A stretch of DNA of 64,000 bases. It comes from Octopus sinensis (lineage: Eukaryota). Positions 1 to 11,480 of this stretch are shown in pieces. How positions within the stretch are numbered: position 1 is the stretch's first letter; each line of letters opens with the position of its first letter. Below the pieces are notes generated by a model, which saw only the letters and a program-made list of their open reading frames with translations, was not told the DNA's origin and searched no databases. The position numbers and the translations under genes were made by a program. The stretch lies in the NCBI RefSeq assembly GCF_006345805.1, contig NC_043018.1, positions 20,770,001 through 20,834,000 of the forward strand. The letters run 5' to 3'.

Positions 1-21
1 TTCCAACCAGTCAACTACAAT
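1..21 (-). CDS. NUP107: Nucleoporin Nup107, coding exon 10 (partial; runs off window edge), IVVDWLE
   Basis: Minus-strand acceptor ttcttttcgtaatctag|ATTGTAGTTGACTGGTTGGAA, phase 0. Matches the Nup107 motif (L/I)VVDWLE and follows the 1443-1514 exon in frame. Confidence 0.85.
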
Positions 22-1442
22 CTAGATTACGAAAAGAAAGAATTCTTATTAACAAAGAAGCTATTAGTTTTTAATACAGACTTCTAATTTTCGACACAAG
101 GCCTGTAATTTTAAAGGGTTAGGTCAATTGCACTGACCCCAGTGCTTATCATCATCATCGTTTAACATCCGTTCGCCATGCTAGCATGGGTTGGACGGTT
201 CGACCGGGGATCTGGGAAGCCAGAAGGCTGCACCAGGCCCAATCTGATCTGGCAATGTTTCTACGGCTGGATGCCCTTCCTAAGGCCAACCACTCCGTGA
301 GTGTAGTGGGTGCTTTTAATGTGCCAGGCAAACGGCCACGGTCGGATGGTGCTTTTTACGTGCCACCAGCATGGGGGCCAGGCGAGGCTGGCAATGGCCA
401 TGATTGGATGGTGCTTTTTACGAAAAGATGAAAGGCAAAGTCAATCTTGGCAGCATTTGAACTAAGAACGTCAAAAGCTGGAAGAAATAATACAAAGTAT
501 TTTGTCTGGGGCCGTAACAACTCTGCCAGCCTCTGGCTTTAATTCTAATTTCCAATGATGCTTTCTTGTTCACAATACAGATTGAAAAGTGGTAAACATC
601 ATTAACAGCATCCGTAAAACTGATTATGGAGGATGTACTTAGAGCTGCTTAAGATGTCCACCACACATCAGATTAAATGGTTAACATATAATCATCATTA
701 TTTGATGTCTATTGTTCATGCTGGTATGGGTTGGATGGTTTGACCAGAACTGAGGCGTCGAGCTGGCAGAAATGTTAGCACGCCGGGCGAAATGCGTAGC
801 CGTATTTCGTCTGCCATTACGTTCTGAGTTCAAATTCCGCCGAGGCCGACTTTGGGGTCGATTAAATAAGTACCAGTTACGCACTGGGGTCAATATAATC
901 GGCTTAATCCATTTGTCTGTCCTCTCTGTGTTTAGCCACTTGTGGGTAGTAAAGAAATAGGTTTGACCAGAACTAGAATGCTGGGGAGCTGCACCAGATT
1001 CCAGTCTGATTTGGCTTGGTTTCTACAGCTGGATGCCCTTCCTAACGCCAACCACTTTACAGAATGTGCTGGGTGCTTTTTACATAGCACCGCATGAGTG
1101 CTTTTATATGGCACCACAAAGGCACTTTTACGTGGAAACTGCCATGAGTGCCATAAATGGCACTAACATAGGCCTCTTAACATTCTGTATTAACCGTGGA
1201 ATCATGGAAAAGTGGATGTTAAATGATGATAAAATATATAAATGTAATGCATTTGTGTCTGTGTGTGTGTGTGTATATAAAGCATTGTTTGCCCATAACA
1301 TGACTAGACGTTGCAGCTTTTGCTTGAATGAAGTCTCCTCTATAGAAATGAAACAATATTCGATGCAGGGACGAAGGCTCTTGCTCTATATATATGCATA
1401 AAGTAGGGAAGATGTTTAACCAAGAGGAAGTCAAAATATTAC

Positions 1443-1514
1443 TTGTGCTTCTCTGACACTGGAATCCTTCTTAAACAGACGAGACATCAGGTTGTATTCA
1501 CTGGGATATTTGAG
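1443..1514 (-). CDS. NUP107: Nup107 coding exon 9, LKYPSEYNLMSRLFKKDSSVREAQ
   Basis: Poly-T/ccag acceptor, gtaata donor, 72 nt, phase 0-0. Resembles vertebrate [20 protein letters not shown]. Confidence 0.9.
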
Positions 1515-1537
1515 CTGGAAAAAAAAAAAAAAAATGA

Positions 1538-1790
1538 ATTCTCGTTTATTAGCCACAAGGGCTAACAAAAATCAAATAAAACATACAAGGACAAAACACA
1601 GGACGAAAGTTACAAAAAGGGTTTTGTCCGTTTGAAAAGGGTCCGTGTAAAAATGCAAGATAACAACGAAAATTTAACAAGTAAAAACTCCCAATAGGGG
1701 GAGGCGCTTCGAAAGGGTACTCATGGAAAAACCCATAAAAGCCATGGGAGCCTGGTCAAAAGTGGGGTAGAGAGCCCCTTTCTCCTTTTA
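1538..1790 (-). mobile_element. Probable LINE 3' end whose tail resembles the family-B SINE tail
   Basis: Minus strand ends ...GTCCTTGT...GTTAGCCCTTGTGGCTAATAAACGAG; clade not established. Confidence 0.45.
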
Positions 1791-2061
1791 CATTATCTTT
1801 TTTAATAAATAATAATAATGATGATAATAATCCTTTCTACAATAGATAGAAGGTCTGAAATTTTGTGGTTTTTGTGGGAGGGGACTAGTTGATTACATCA
1901 ACCCCAGTGTTTCACTAGTACTTAATTTATTGACCCCACCGAAAGGATGAAAGGCAAAGTCGACCTTGGTGGAATTTGAACTCAGAACATAAAGATGGAT
2001 GAAATACCGCTAAGCACTTCACTTGGTGTGCTGATGATTCTGCCAGCTCACCACCTTGATG

Positions 2062-2111
<50 letters not shown>

Positions 2112-2636
2112 CATCACATGATTGATCAGACTATTGGATGTTGTTATACATCATTGGTCACAGTGCGCTTTGCACTGTTTTAGCTTTTGAACGATGCCAC
2201 CCCACTAGTTAGGCAAACAGTCCAACATTCCCTTCAACTGGAAAGCAATTCCGTTGCAGGGTTACTGCATTTATAGCTGAGTGGACTGGAGCAACGTGAA
2301 ATGAAGTGTTTTGCTCAAGAACACAATCTGCTACTCAATCTTGGAATTGAACCTACGACCACTAAATTGTGAGTGTAACACCCTAACCACTTGGCCATAT
2401 GCTTCCACAATAATATATTTAAAGAATGAAAACAAAACCAACACTAATCCCTCAGCAATGAAGTTTAATACTTTACTAGAATTAATTACTGAACTAATTA
2501 TACTTTTATCTGATTAATTACTAATTATATTTCCCATGAAAATTCTTACTCATGATATTAAAAATATTCTGTAAGACAATTCACAAGAGTTGATCTCTTC
2601 TTTCTACAATTGGAATTAGATGAAAACAGAACCTAC

Positions 2637-2766
2637 TGTCATTGACTCTTCTCCATCCTGCTCCATTTGACTGTCTTCCAGGCGATTAATCAATAAAGAG
2701 ATGAGAAGTTGCCACGTACAGCGCTCAGCATACAGAAGGTTGTAAACATCAAGCTTTTTATTGTAT
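2637..2766 (-). CDS. NUP107: Nup107 coding exon 8, (K)YNKKLDVYNLLYAERCTWQLLISLLINRLEDSQMEQDGEESMT
   Basis: (TC)n-cag acceptor, gtaggt donor, 130 nt, phase 2-0. ExxTWxLLxxLxxxR motif of Nup107/Nup84. Confidence 0.92.
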
Positions 2767-3015
2767 CTGAGAGAGAGAGAGAGAGAGATAAAGACACAAG
2801 AAATTTTTAAGTCGAGAGTGCAGCTCTTGAGTGGAAAGAAGTATTTATTTTACAAATATGTAATTCTTTCTCTTGAAGGAGAAGAAAAACCATCACCGTC
2901 ATTGGTTTAACATCCATGTATTTTATAAATCAGTTGTGCATGTTTCTTGAATAATATCTGTTCCTGTCTAGCAGATACAGGGTAGACTCATATACACACA
3001 TGCACAGATACATAC

Positions 3016-3057
<42 letters not shown>

Positions 3058-3355
3058 TGTGGGCTGGTGAACCAGATGGCTGCACCAGGCTCCAGTCTTG
3101 ATCTGGCAGAGTTTCTACAGCGGAAGGGCATCCAGCTGTAGGGCAACACTGCTTGAAAACTGGTGTTGGTATGTCCCTGTAACTTAGAGGTTTGGCAAAA
3201 GAGACTGATAGAATAAGTACCAAGCTTCAAAAAAAAAAAAAAAAAAAAATTCGGGGTTGATTTGTTTGACTAAAAATTCTTCAAGGTAGTGCCCCAGCAC
3301 GGCCGCAGTCAAATGACTGAAGCAAGTAAAAGCGAGAAGAACAAAAGCTACTTAC

Positions 3356-3512
3356 TTGACTTGGTTCGGGGCAGCCCTCATGATAACCGTCTTGAGAAGT
3401 TGCAGATGTTCAGCACAGACAGCCTCGTACTGCTTCAACAAATCAAACAACTGTTGGGGTCGAATTGATTCCTTGAATGCTTGCTGGAACTCACTGTAGA
3501 CTCCAGTACAGG
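3356..3512 (-). CDS. NUP107: Nup107 coding exon 7, (A)CTGVYSEFQQAFKESIRPQQLFDLLKQYEAVCAEHLQLLKTVIMRAAPNQV
   Basis: gtttag acceptor, gtaagt donor, 157 nt, phase 1-2, open frame. Resembles vertebrate FSDFLQSF...VFDLVEEYENIC...IVSRATP. Confidence 0.92.
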
Positions 3513-4251
3513 CTAAACATAGCAAACAAGATGATGGTTAGATTAGACATAATTTTGCATAAATGATACAGTTTTAGTAATTATGTTATCTCTGGAAAGT
3601 GGCATTATTTATGAAGCCTATAAATAGACTCACCGGTTGTTGTTTGTCTATATTTCACTTCTCTTTCTTTTTCAAAACAACTCATGTTTATGTCCACCCA
3701 AAAGTTTTCTGCTATACCAGCCTCTAGCTTCCTTAAGAGATCATACATTTTTCAACACACACATCTATGTATATCATCATCATCATTTAACGTCCATATA
3801 TAGATATATACATTTTTTTCTCTTCTCTCCAAATATTATATCTGGATCAAGGAATTTCCAAATATATATATATATATATACATACATGTATAGACACACA
3901 CTATTGAGAAAAGTATAGATTGATGTAGTGTAAAAATACTTTTGGATACATAAACAAGCATCATTTTGAAAAAGAGAAGTGAAATGTAGACTAGCAATAA
4001 CCACTGTGTTTGGCTTCATCAGTTCTCAAATATAACACAATTTGCTTTCACGCACAGTTTCAGATTCAAATACTTGCAAAAGGAATTCAAAATCAAAAGT
4101 TTTAGAATCTGTTAGGTAGAAACTGGCCGTTCTTCCCGCCACCAATTTAATCAACTTTCAAATTCAAAATATACAATGCTACAATATTATCTTAAGCTAT
4201 ATATTGATTTTAAACTGTTATCTTAATTTTATTTCAGACACAAATGAATAC

Positions 4252-4662
4252 GGATCTTTTCGGTTTGAACGGCAGTTTTTCTAGCGGTGTCATATGAAAT
4301 TGTCACCCATAATTATGACCCTAGTATCGATCTATTGCATTTCAATCTGTTTTAGGGTTAGGGGTGGGGGGAAGGGTATCTGTTTTTCTTCACAAATGTA
4401 AATAAACCCAATCTGTTTCTTAAACGAGGGACATATTCATACGGCACAGAATGGTTTTTACCTCAATACACATCACTGATTGGTTGAAATTGCAGAAATT
4501 GAAGAAAAAAAAACAGCAAATATCTTAGAAACTATAGAATTTTCTCAATAAAGCCAAGAGGAAAAGATGTTTTATAAACACATTCTACCGGTATAAGAAG
4601 TTTAAAATTTTTTAGTTACCTAGAAATTATGTTAAAAACTGCCGTTCAAACTGAAAAGATCC
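4252..4662. mobile_element. Non-autonomous DNA transposon (MITE), about 30-bp TIRs GGATCTTTTCRGTTTGAACGGCAGTTTTT, 8-bp TSD
   Basis: TIRs at both ends; flanks ATGAATAC (4244-4251) and ACGAATAC (4663-4670). Confidence 0.8.
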
Positions 4663-4983
4663 ACGAATACTTCCACACACATGGATAAACCGTTCTCACT
4701 TCAACACTTCTGTTAACTGAATATCCCTTTGTAACAAAGAGGCGAGCTGGCAGAATTCTTAGCATTCCAGGCAAAACGCTTAGCAGCATTTCATCTGTCC
4801 TTATGCTCTGAGTTCAAATTCCGCTGAGGTCCACTTTACTTTCCATCCTCCATCAGGGGCTGGGTCAGGGCACAGCATGCATTTTCTATTGGAACGTTTT
4901 GTAAACCTATATAATGTGGACAGCCTTTCTTTTTTTTTGCCACATACTCTACTAGAAGAGGAGCTGAAATAAGTTCAACTTAC

Positions 4984-5053
4984 CAGCAAGTTCTGGGTCA
5001 TCTTGTAACAAGAGACCCAAATTAGTTGTCGTCACATCATCAAAGACTCCTTC
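4984..5053 (-). CDS. NUP107: Nup107 coding exon 6, EGVFDDVTTTNLGLLLQDDPELA
   Basis: gttttcag acceptor, gtaagt donor, 70 nt, phase 0-1. Resembles vertebrate EDVTISAVMLREDDPGEAA. Confidence 0.88.
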
Positions 5054-6420
5054 CTGAAAACACATACAGAAACCTCACTTTTAACAGCAGTTGAGTTACA
5101 AAAGTACACAAGCACAAAAACAACATTAACCCTTTCTCTTATAGGCACACAGCCTGAAATTTGAGGGGAGAGGACTAATTGATTATATTGACCCCGTGCA
5201 CGACTGGTAGCTATTTTATCAACCCTGAAAGGATGAATGGCAAAGTTGACCCCAGAATGTAAAGACAGATGAATGTAGCAAAGCTGGTGTTTGGAACGTA
5301 AATTAAAATGAGACTTTGATAGGTTTTAATTTAGGTCACTTTAAAACAGGAAGTTTGTATGATAGAAATCAGGGTGGGTTGGTAAGCTAAGAGTGAACCC
5401 TGCCCACTTGTAACTTACCAACCCAAAAAAGACAGATCAATACTAGGCTGAGAAATTTGCATGGAGTGGATGGTTCGACTGGGGTCTGGGAAGCCAGGAG
5501 GCTGCACCAGGCTTCAGTCTGATCTGGCAGTGTTTCTACAACTGGATGTCCTTCCTAATGCCAACCACTCCGCGAGTGTATTGGGTGCGTTTTATGTGCT
5601 ACCGGCACAGGGGCCGAAGGAGGCTGGCAATGGCCACGATCGATTGGTGCTTTTTACGTGCCACTGGCATGGAAGCCAGTCAAGGTGGCACTGGCATCGG
5701 CCACATTCAGATGATGCTTTTTACGTGCCACCGGCACAGGGATCACAACTACAATTTCCATTTGATTTTCATTTTGATGTTGATGTACTTGACTCAATAG
5801 GTCTCCTTAAGCACAGCAGGTTGCCCTACGATCCAAAGTACTTTTGAATGGGCTGGAGCTGGTTATGCAAAATTGGTGTAGGATATAGCTGTGAACTCAC
5901 TTTATTTGACGGGTCTTTGCAGTCACAGCATATCTCCAGAGGTCTTGGTCTTTCGTCATTGCCTCTGTGAGGCCTATTACATTTGAACGATAAATAATAC
6001 TTACAGATGGAACCCAAACCAATCCCATTGCTATTTCTGAAGAAAGATTAGACTACCTTCAGGTAAGACACAAAGTTTCATCTTTGAGAAAGATGAGGGA
6101 GAGACAGAGAGAATGAGTGAGATATACAGTAACATGATGGTTGTTGGTAAAGAGATTGGGTAGAAAGAGCATGAATGAAGAGTGTCGGTGAGAGGGAGTA
6201 GAAGAAGGAGCAATGTGAAGGAAAGAGAGTGTAACAAAGACAGTTGGTGACAGGGAGACCTGACATAAATGTAATGGGTGGGAGAGACCCAAATATAAAG
6301 GTTAAGCATTGCAACCACCCAAACTACTATTATTGTCATGTTTATCTTTGTTTTACCTGTGCTTGCAATCTTAAAAAAGGATGACAATGATACAATCAAA
6401 TACGAAGATACACAACTTAC

Positions 6421-6480
6421 CATCAGAGATTGGTTTACAGGACTGTTTGCAGGGGGTAAGAACACGGACTCACTGAATGA
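6421..6480 (-). CDS. NUP107: Nup107 coding exon 5, SFSESVFLPPANSPVNQSLM
   Basis: ctttttctgcag acceptor, gtaagt donor, 60 nt, phase 0-0, in frame with both neighbours. Low-complexity N-terminal region, so homology support is weak. Confidence 0.7.
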
Positions 6481-7143
6481 CTGCAGAAAAAGATATGAAA
6501 TATAAAAGATTAAAGCAGTTCTATCTCTAGAAAAAAAAAAAAAAAATAAAAGGGTTTTAAAAAGTTTATAGTTTTGGGAACAGAAATGTTTTAACCCTTT
6601 AGCATTTAAACTGGCCCAAATATCAGTGCTGGTGCCACATAAAAAGCACCCAGTACACTCTATGGAGTGGTTGGCATTAGGAAGGACATCCAACCACAGA
6701 AACCATGTCAGAACAGAGAGTGGAACCTGGTGCAGACCCTGGCCTTACCAGCTCTGGTCAAACTGTCCAACCCATGCCAGCATGGAAAACAGACAAATGA
6801 TGATGATGATAATGATTTCTTCCTCAGGCAAATGTTAAAGTTGTACTCTGAGTAAGGCTTATGGGACCTTGGGCATTACGGGAATGAGTAGAACAAAAGC
6901 TATCAAGAACAATTTAAAGGTTCCTGAGAAAGCATCTCGATGGTTCTGGTTGAAAAGAGATGATTGTAGGGGTCAGTAGAATGTTGCTTTGATACAGGCC
7001 TAGGCTTGATCAACCAAGGTCAGGTTGCCTTGACAAGGGGGAATGTTGTAAGAGGCGAAACAACCATTGAGCCCTGGATACAATGCTGATGATGGGTCCA
7101 AGTATTGCACCTGCAGATCTGTAGATGTATGTTGAACTCTTAC

Positions 7144-7220
7144 CTTGTTTGTTGTTTTCCTCAAACTTGAGACGGGAAAGGGTGATGCCACACTGGTTGT
7201 AGAGAAACTCTTGCGGTTGA
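7144..7220 (-). CDS. NUP107: Nup107 coding exon 4, (F)NRKSFSTTSVASPFPVSSLRKTTNK
   Basis: tttatttag acceptor, gtaaga donor, 77 nt, phase 1-0; phases match flanking exons. Confidence 0.7.
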
Positions 7221-8029
7221 CTAAATAAACATAATCACATTATTTTATAGCCATCAGTATCTTTGGAATAACTTATGTTTGGTTAAATTTATGCAAAATT
7301 ACAAAAAATATCAAAATGTTTACACAGAGATGTTATAATGACAAGTAAAGAATCGGTGTGACTGTGTGGTTGAAGAACTTGCTTCCAAATCATGTGGTCT
7401 TAGGCTCAGTCCTACTGAGCAGCAATTTTGGGCAATTGTCTTGTACTATAACCCTGGACTGATCAAAGCTTTGTGAGTGGGTTTGATAAATGGATAGCAC
7501 AATGATCCGGCAATGCCGGGTTATAGTGCTAGTACATGCATATATAGCTGCGTGCATGCGCACATACACGCGAGTACTGTCCAAATCTCCGACCAATCAC
7601 ATACAGCTAGCTGGCATTCAATTGGCATATCAAGTTTCAGGCAATTTGATTGGGTTTTGGATAGAAAATTCACAAGAAAAAATCACTTCTATTGATTTTT
7701 TAATGGCTTTGTGGGGTGACTGGGGAAATGTAAAGATGTGCACGACCACCCTTGGATGGTTTTGAATGACCATAGAAAGTGCGGGCCCTCTAACTGAAAA
7801 ATTGTGGATTTGTATAAAGAACCCATGCTAGCATGGAAAGGGACGCTAAACGATGATGATGATGATGATGATGATGATGACACACATGCAGACATTTTGC
7901 CGTTTATATATATAGAGATTGTGCATGACCATGTCTTGGCAGCACACAATGGTTGTGAGTATCACCATGATACAAGCAAGGTTGCTCATTTTCAGTTGAG
8001 CTGAAGGGAAGTAAAACTCTGTTAGAAAC

Positions 8030-8710
8030 ATGTGAGAGTTGGCAACAGGAGGGGCCAGTCAGGGGCCACAGGCATCAGCCATGTTCAGATGTTGCTTTTT
8101 ACATGCCACTGGCACAGGATCTAGTCAGGGAGCACTGGCATCGGCCACATTCCGATGGTGCCTTTTATGTGCCACCAGCATGGGAGCCAGTCAGGCGGAC
8201 CTGGCATTGACTACGTTCAGATGGTGCTCTTTATGTGCCACCGGCATGGGAGCCAGTCAGGCGGACCTGGCATTGACCACGTTCAGATGGTGCTCTTTAT
8301 GTGCCACCGGCATGGGAGTCAGTCATGGGGTACTGGCATCAACCATGTTCCGATGGTGCTTTTTATGTGCCACCGGCACAGGAGCCAGTCGGGGGGCACT
8401 GGCATTGACCACGTTCAGATGGTGCTCTTTATGTGCCACCGGCATGGGAGCAAATCATCAACCATATTCCGATGGTGCTTTTTATGTGCCACTGGCACAG
8501 AAGTCAGTCAGGTGAACCTGGCATCGACCACATTCCGATGGTGCTTTTTATGCGTCACCAGCATGGGAACCAGTCAGGAGGTACTTGCATCGACCATGTT
8601 TGGATGGTGCTTTTTACGTGCCACCGGCATGGGAGCCAGTCAGGCAGACCTGGCATCGACCACGTAAAGAATGGTGCTTTTTACATTCCACGGGCACGGG
8701 TGCCAGTCAG
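8030..8710. repeat. Minisatellite, about 10 copies of a 66-bp unit from the family C internal repeat
   Basis: ATGGTGC(T/C) recurs at 8155, 8221, 8287, 8353, 8419, 8472, 8538, 8604 and 8671 (degenerate at 8089). Confidence 0.9.
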
Positions 8711-8728
8711 GGGTGTCTTTATCTAAAA

Positions 8729-9065
8729 CAGTGGTTCTCAACTATTTTTTACCTATAGGCTCCTTTGATTACTCTTCTATTCTTGTGGACCCCCAAAGCT
8801 ATCCAATGTGTAAAAAACTATTTTTATAGATGCTTCTTTCAAAATTCCTAATTTTGTTTTTCACACAATGACATGTTGAACTGTGTGAAATGTTAGAGAA
8901 AGAAAACCAAGCTGTTTCTGGCAATAATATAAACATTTAAATCAAAATGTTCCATGAACCCTTAAAATACTGCTGTGGACCACTAATTTACTATTTTTCT
9001 TGCGTGGACCCCAAATTCTTACACAGACACCCAGGGTTCATATGGACTCTGGTTGAGAATTACTG
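8729..9065. mobile_element. hAT (Charlie-like) MITE
   Basis: TIR CAGTGGTTCTCAAC / GTTGAGAATTACTG; 8-bp TSD ATCTAAAA / ATGTAAAA. Confidence 0.85.
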
Positions 9066-9146
9066 ATGTAAAAGAACACATAAAAATTAATTTAAGAATT
9101 AACGATTTCTAAACTGAGAAAACAACAAAGAAAATTGGATATTTAC

Positions 9147-9236
9147 ATTGGGAGGTATTTGGACTTCGGAATGACTGAAACGATGAGTCTTGTGCTCCAA
9201 TAGGAAGTCCCATGGCGTCATCTAACATCTGAATAG
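9147..9236 (-). CDS. NUP107: Nup107 coding exon 3, (S)IQMLDDAMGLPIGAQDSSFQSFRSPNTSQ
   Basis: gatctcag acceptor, gtaaat donor, 90 nt, phase 1-1, open frame. Confidence 0.75.
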
Positions 9237-10384
9237 CTGAGATCAATTATTAAGGATAATATATAACAGGACACTGAAAGTTGTCTTGACGAGGAGTAAA
9301 AGGCACAAAATATCAGTTGTTGAAGTGGGAAAAATCATTAAAAAAAAAAAACATTGAATTACTGCCAGTTTAGAAGCAGATAAATCTAGAATAGAATAAA
9401 AATGTAGTTAAAAGAGTCAGCTACTTTAAAACAGCATATTAAATTTTATTTGGTCCCTTGATCTGTGAGAAATAGCTGCCAAACTTCACTACCATTTCAG
9501 AAAATAATTGACATAGATAATGTAGCCCCCCCCCCATACATATTGATATACATGCATATATTCATATACATTTATATAACTACAAATACATATGTTTATA
9601 CATATATATACATACATACACACATATATATATATGTGTGTGTGTGTGTGTGCGTTGGGTTGGTGCATAATTATTGCCGCCTTTTTTTCAACAGATTTTA
9701 TTCAACAAAAACATCTTTAAATGATGGTCTGCCAAGCAAATGGGAAGCGGTAATTGAAGTAGATGGTGAATATGCTCCAGAATAATCATTTAAAGATGTT
9801 TTTGTTACATGTAGTTATTGTTTTTGTTGAATAAAATTTGTTGAAAAAAAGCCACAATAATTAGGCACCAACCCAATATATATGTATACATATACATACA
9901 TACATATATATATATATATTTCTTTATTGCCAACAGTGGGCTAAACACAGAGGGGACAAACAAGGACAGACAAGGGGATCAAGTCGATTATATCGACCGC
10001 AGTGCGTAACTGGTACTTATTTAATCGACCCCAAAAGGATGAAAGGCAAAGTCGACCTCGGCGGAATTTGAACTCAGAACGTAACGACAAGACATGCACA
10101 CAAAGCTTAAATAAAAGATGGGATGGTCATGGTGAGAAATACCTTTGATCACAGGTTTGTTCAACCAAGGATGACCTGGGTTAAACAACATCACCGACAA
10201 CTCAGGTAAATTCAATAATTCCATAACAGTATGGCTAATGAAGAACAATAAATGTCTCACCCATAAGCTTAACAAAACAGCTTCAGCATAATTATAACTC
10301 ATGAATATATGGTTAGGGAATCAGTAGCTAAATGTCATAATCACTAAACGAAGGTGCTTCGTTTCTTTAATGCAAAAAGGATAC

Positions 10385-10461
10385 ATTTCTGGAGATTGAC
10401 TCCAGATATTGGTTTTCTTAATAAAGACGATCTTTTAGGCGTCATGCTTTGTGAACTAAAA
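10385..10461 (-). CDS. NUP107: Nup107 coding exon 2, (G)FSSQSMTPKRSSLLRKPISGVNLQK
   Basis: Strong polypyrimidine/ccag acceptor but weak gtatcc donor, 77 nt, phase 2-1. Bridges exon 1 and exon 3 phases exactly. Confidence 0.65.
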
Positions 10462-11430
10462 CTGGAAAAGATAGAGAAAAACAAAATTATATATTATAAT
10501 TAAATCACTGGGATTAATTGTTCAGATATGCTATTTAATTGATAAACAATAAGTTAAAGAGGTCATATTTGTAATGTATTGAAGTGCAGGCATGGTTGTG
10601 TGGTGAAGGAGTTCATTTCATAACCACACAGTTTTAGGTTCAATTCCACTATGATTCCGTTGTGTAGCATCTTGGTTAAGTGCCTTCAACTTAGACTCAT
10701 AGCTGGTCTATGAAAAAAAAAAAAAAAAGGCCAGTTTCTTGGATTTTCCGGCAAATATATTTCCCTTAATACATACTCTTGCCAGCTGTGTGTACTGGAG
10801 CAACGTGAAATGAAGTGTTTGGTCCGAGACACAATGCATCACCTCATCCAGGAATTGAAACCACAATTTTACAATCATGAGTGCAACACCTTAACCACTA
10901 AGCCATGTGTCTCCACAGCAGCTGTTCTATACCACTGCTGCTGCTGCCACCACCTAGCTCCTGGGCAACTTAACTGGAACACGCTTCTATTGTAAGCATT
11001 CAAACCCCAGTGCTGAGGGAACTGAGATCTTTCTCTGATTCTCTGTTAGTCGAATCCTGTGAAATGGATTATGGTCGCTGTTCTTTCTTCTTCAACCGTT
11101 TGGCATTCACATTACTTGGTCAAAGGTAATTGCTTATTTATTCACATTGTTTTGAATTAATCATGCAGCCTCCCAGCTTGCTAGTCCTCAGTTAAACTGT
11201 CCGACTCATGCCAGTATGGAAAGCAGACGTTAAACGATGATGATGATGATATACATATTATATACATAATTTTTTGTTAAAAGCACCCAGCACACACTGT
11301 AAAGCATATCAGATATACATTCCTATCATCAACTGCCAAATGGAGATATTTCATATAGAGATATATACGAAATACAGTCAAACTTCTATCGAATTATGTG
11401 TGTGACAAGAATAAAAAATATATATCTTAC

Positions 11431-11480
11431 CCTGACATTGCAAACCTTGAAAGGTCGCATAAAGAATCCTCATCAGACAT
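11431..11480 (-). CDS. NUP107: Nup107 first coding exon, MSDEDSLCDLSRFAMS(G); same exon has 5' UTR 11481-11521
   Basis: ATG at 11480 with an in-frame TAA just upstream, gtaaga donor at 11430, ctacag|cag acceptor at 11522. The SG|F junction recalls vertebrate MDRSGFG. Confidence 0.7.

Noticed and set aside
4345-4372. Interstitial telomere (TTAGGG)
   Set aside because: Fewer than two perfect units, located inside a MITE.
8039-8726. Cys-rich repeat ORFs resembling a metallothionein or zinc-finger protein
   Set aside because: They arise from a 66-bp retroposon-derived minisatellite, are open in several frames, and lie antisense in a NUP107 intron.
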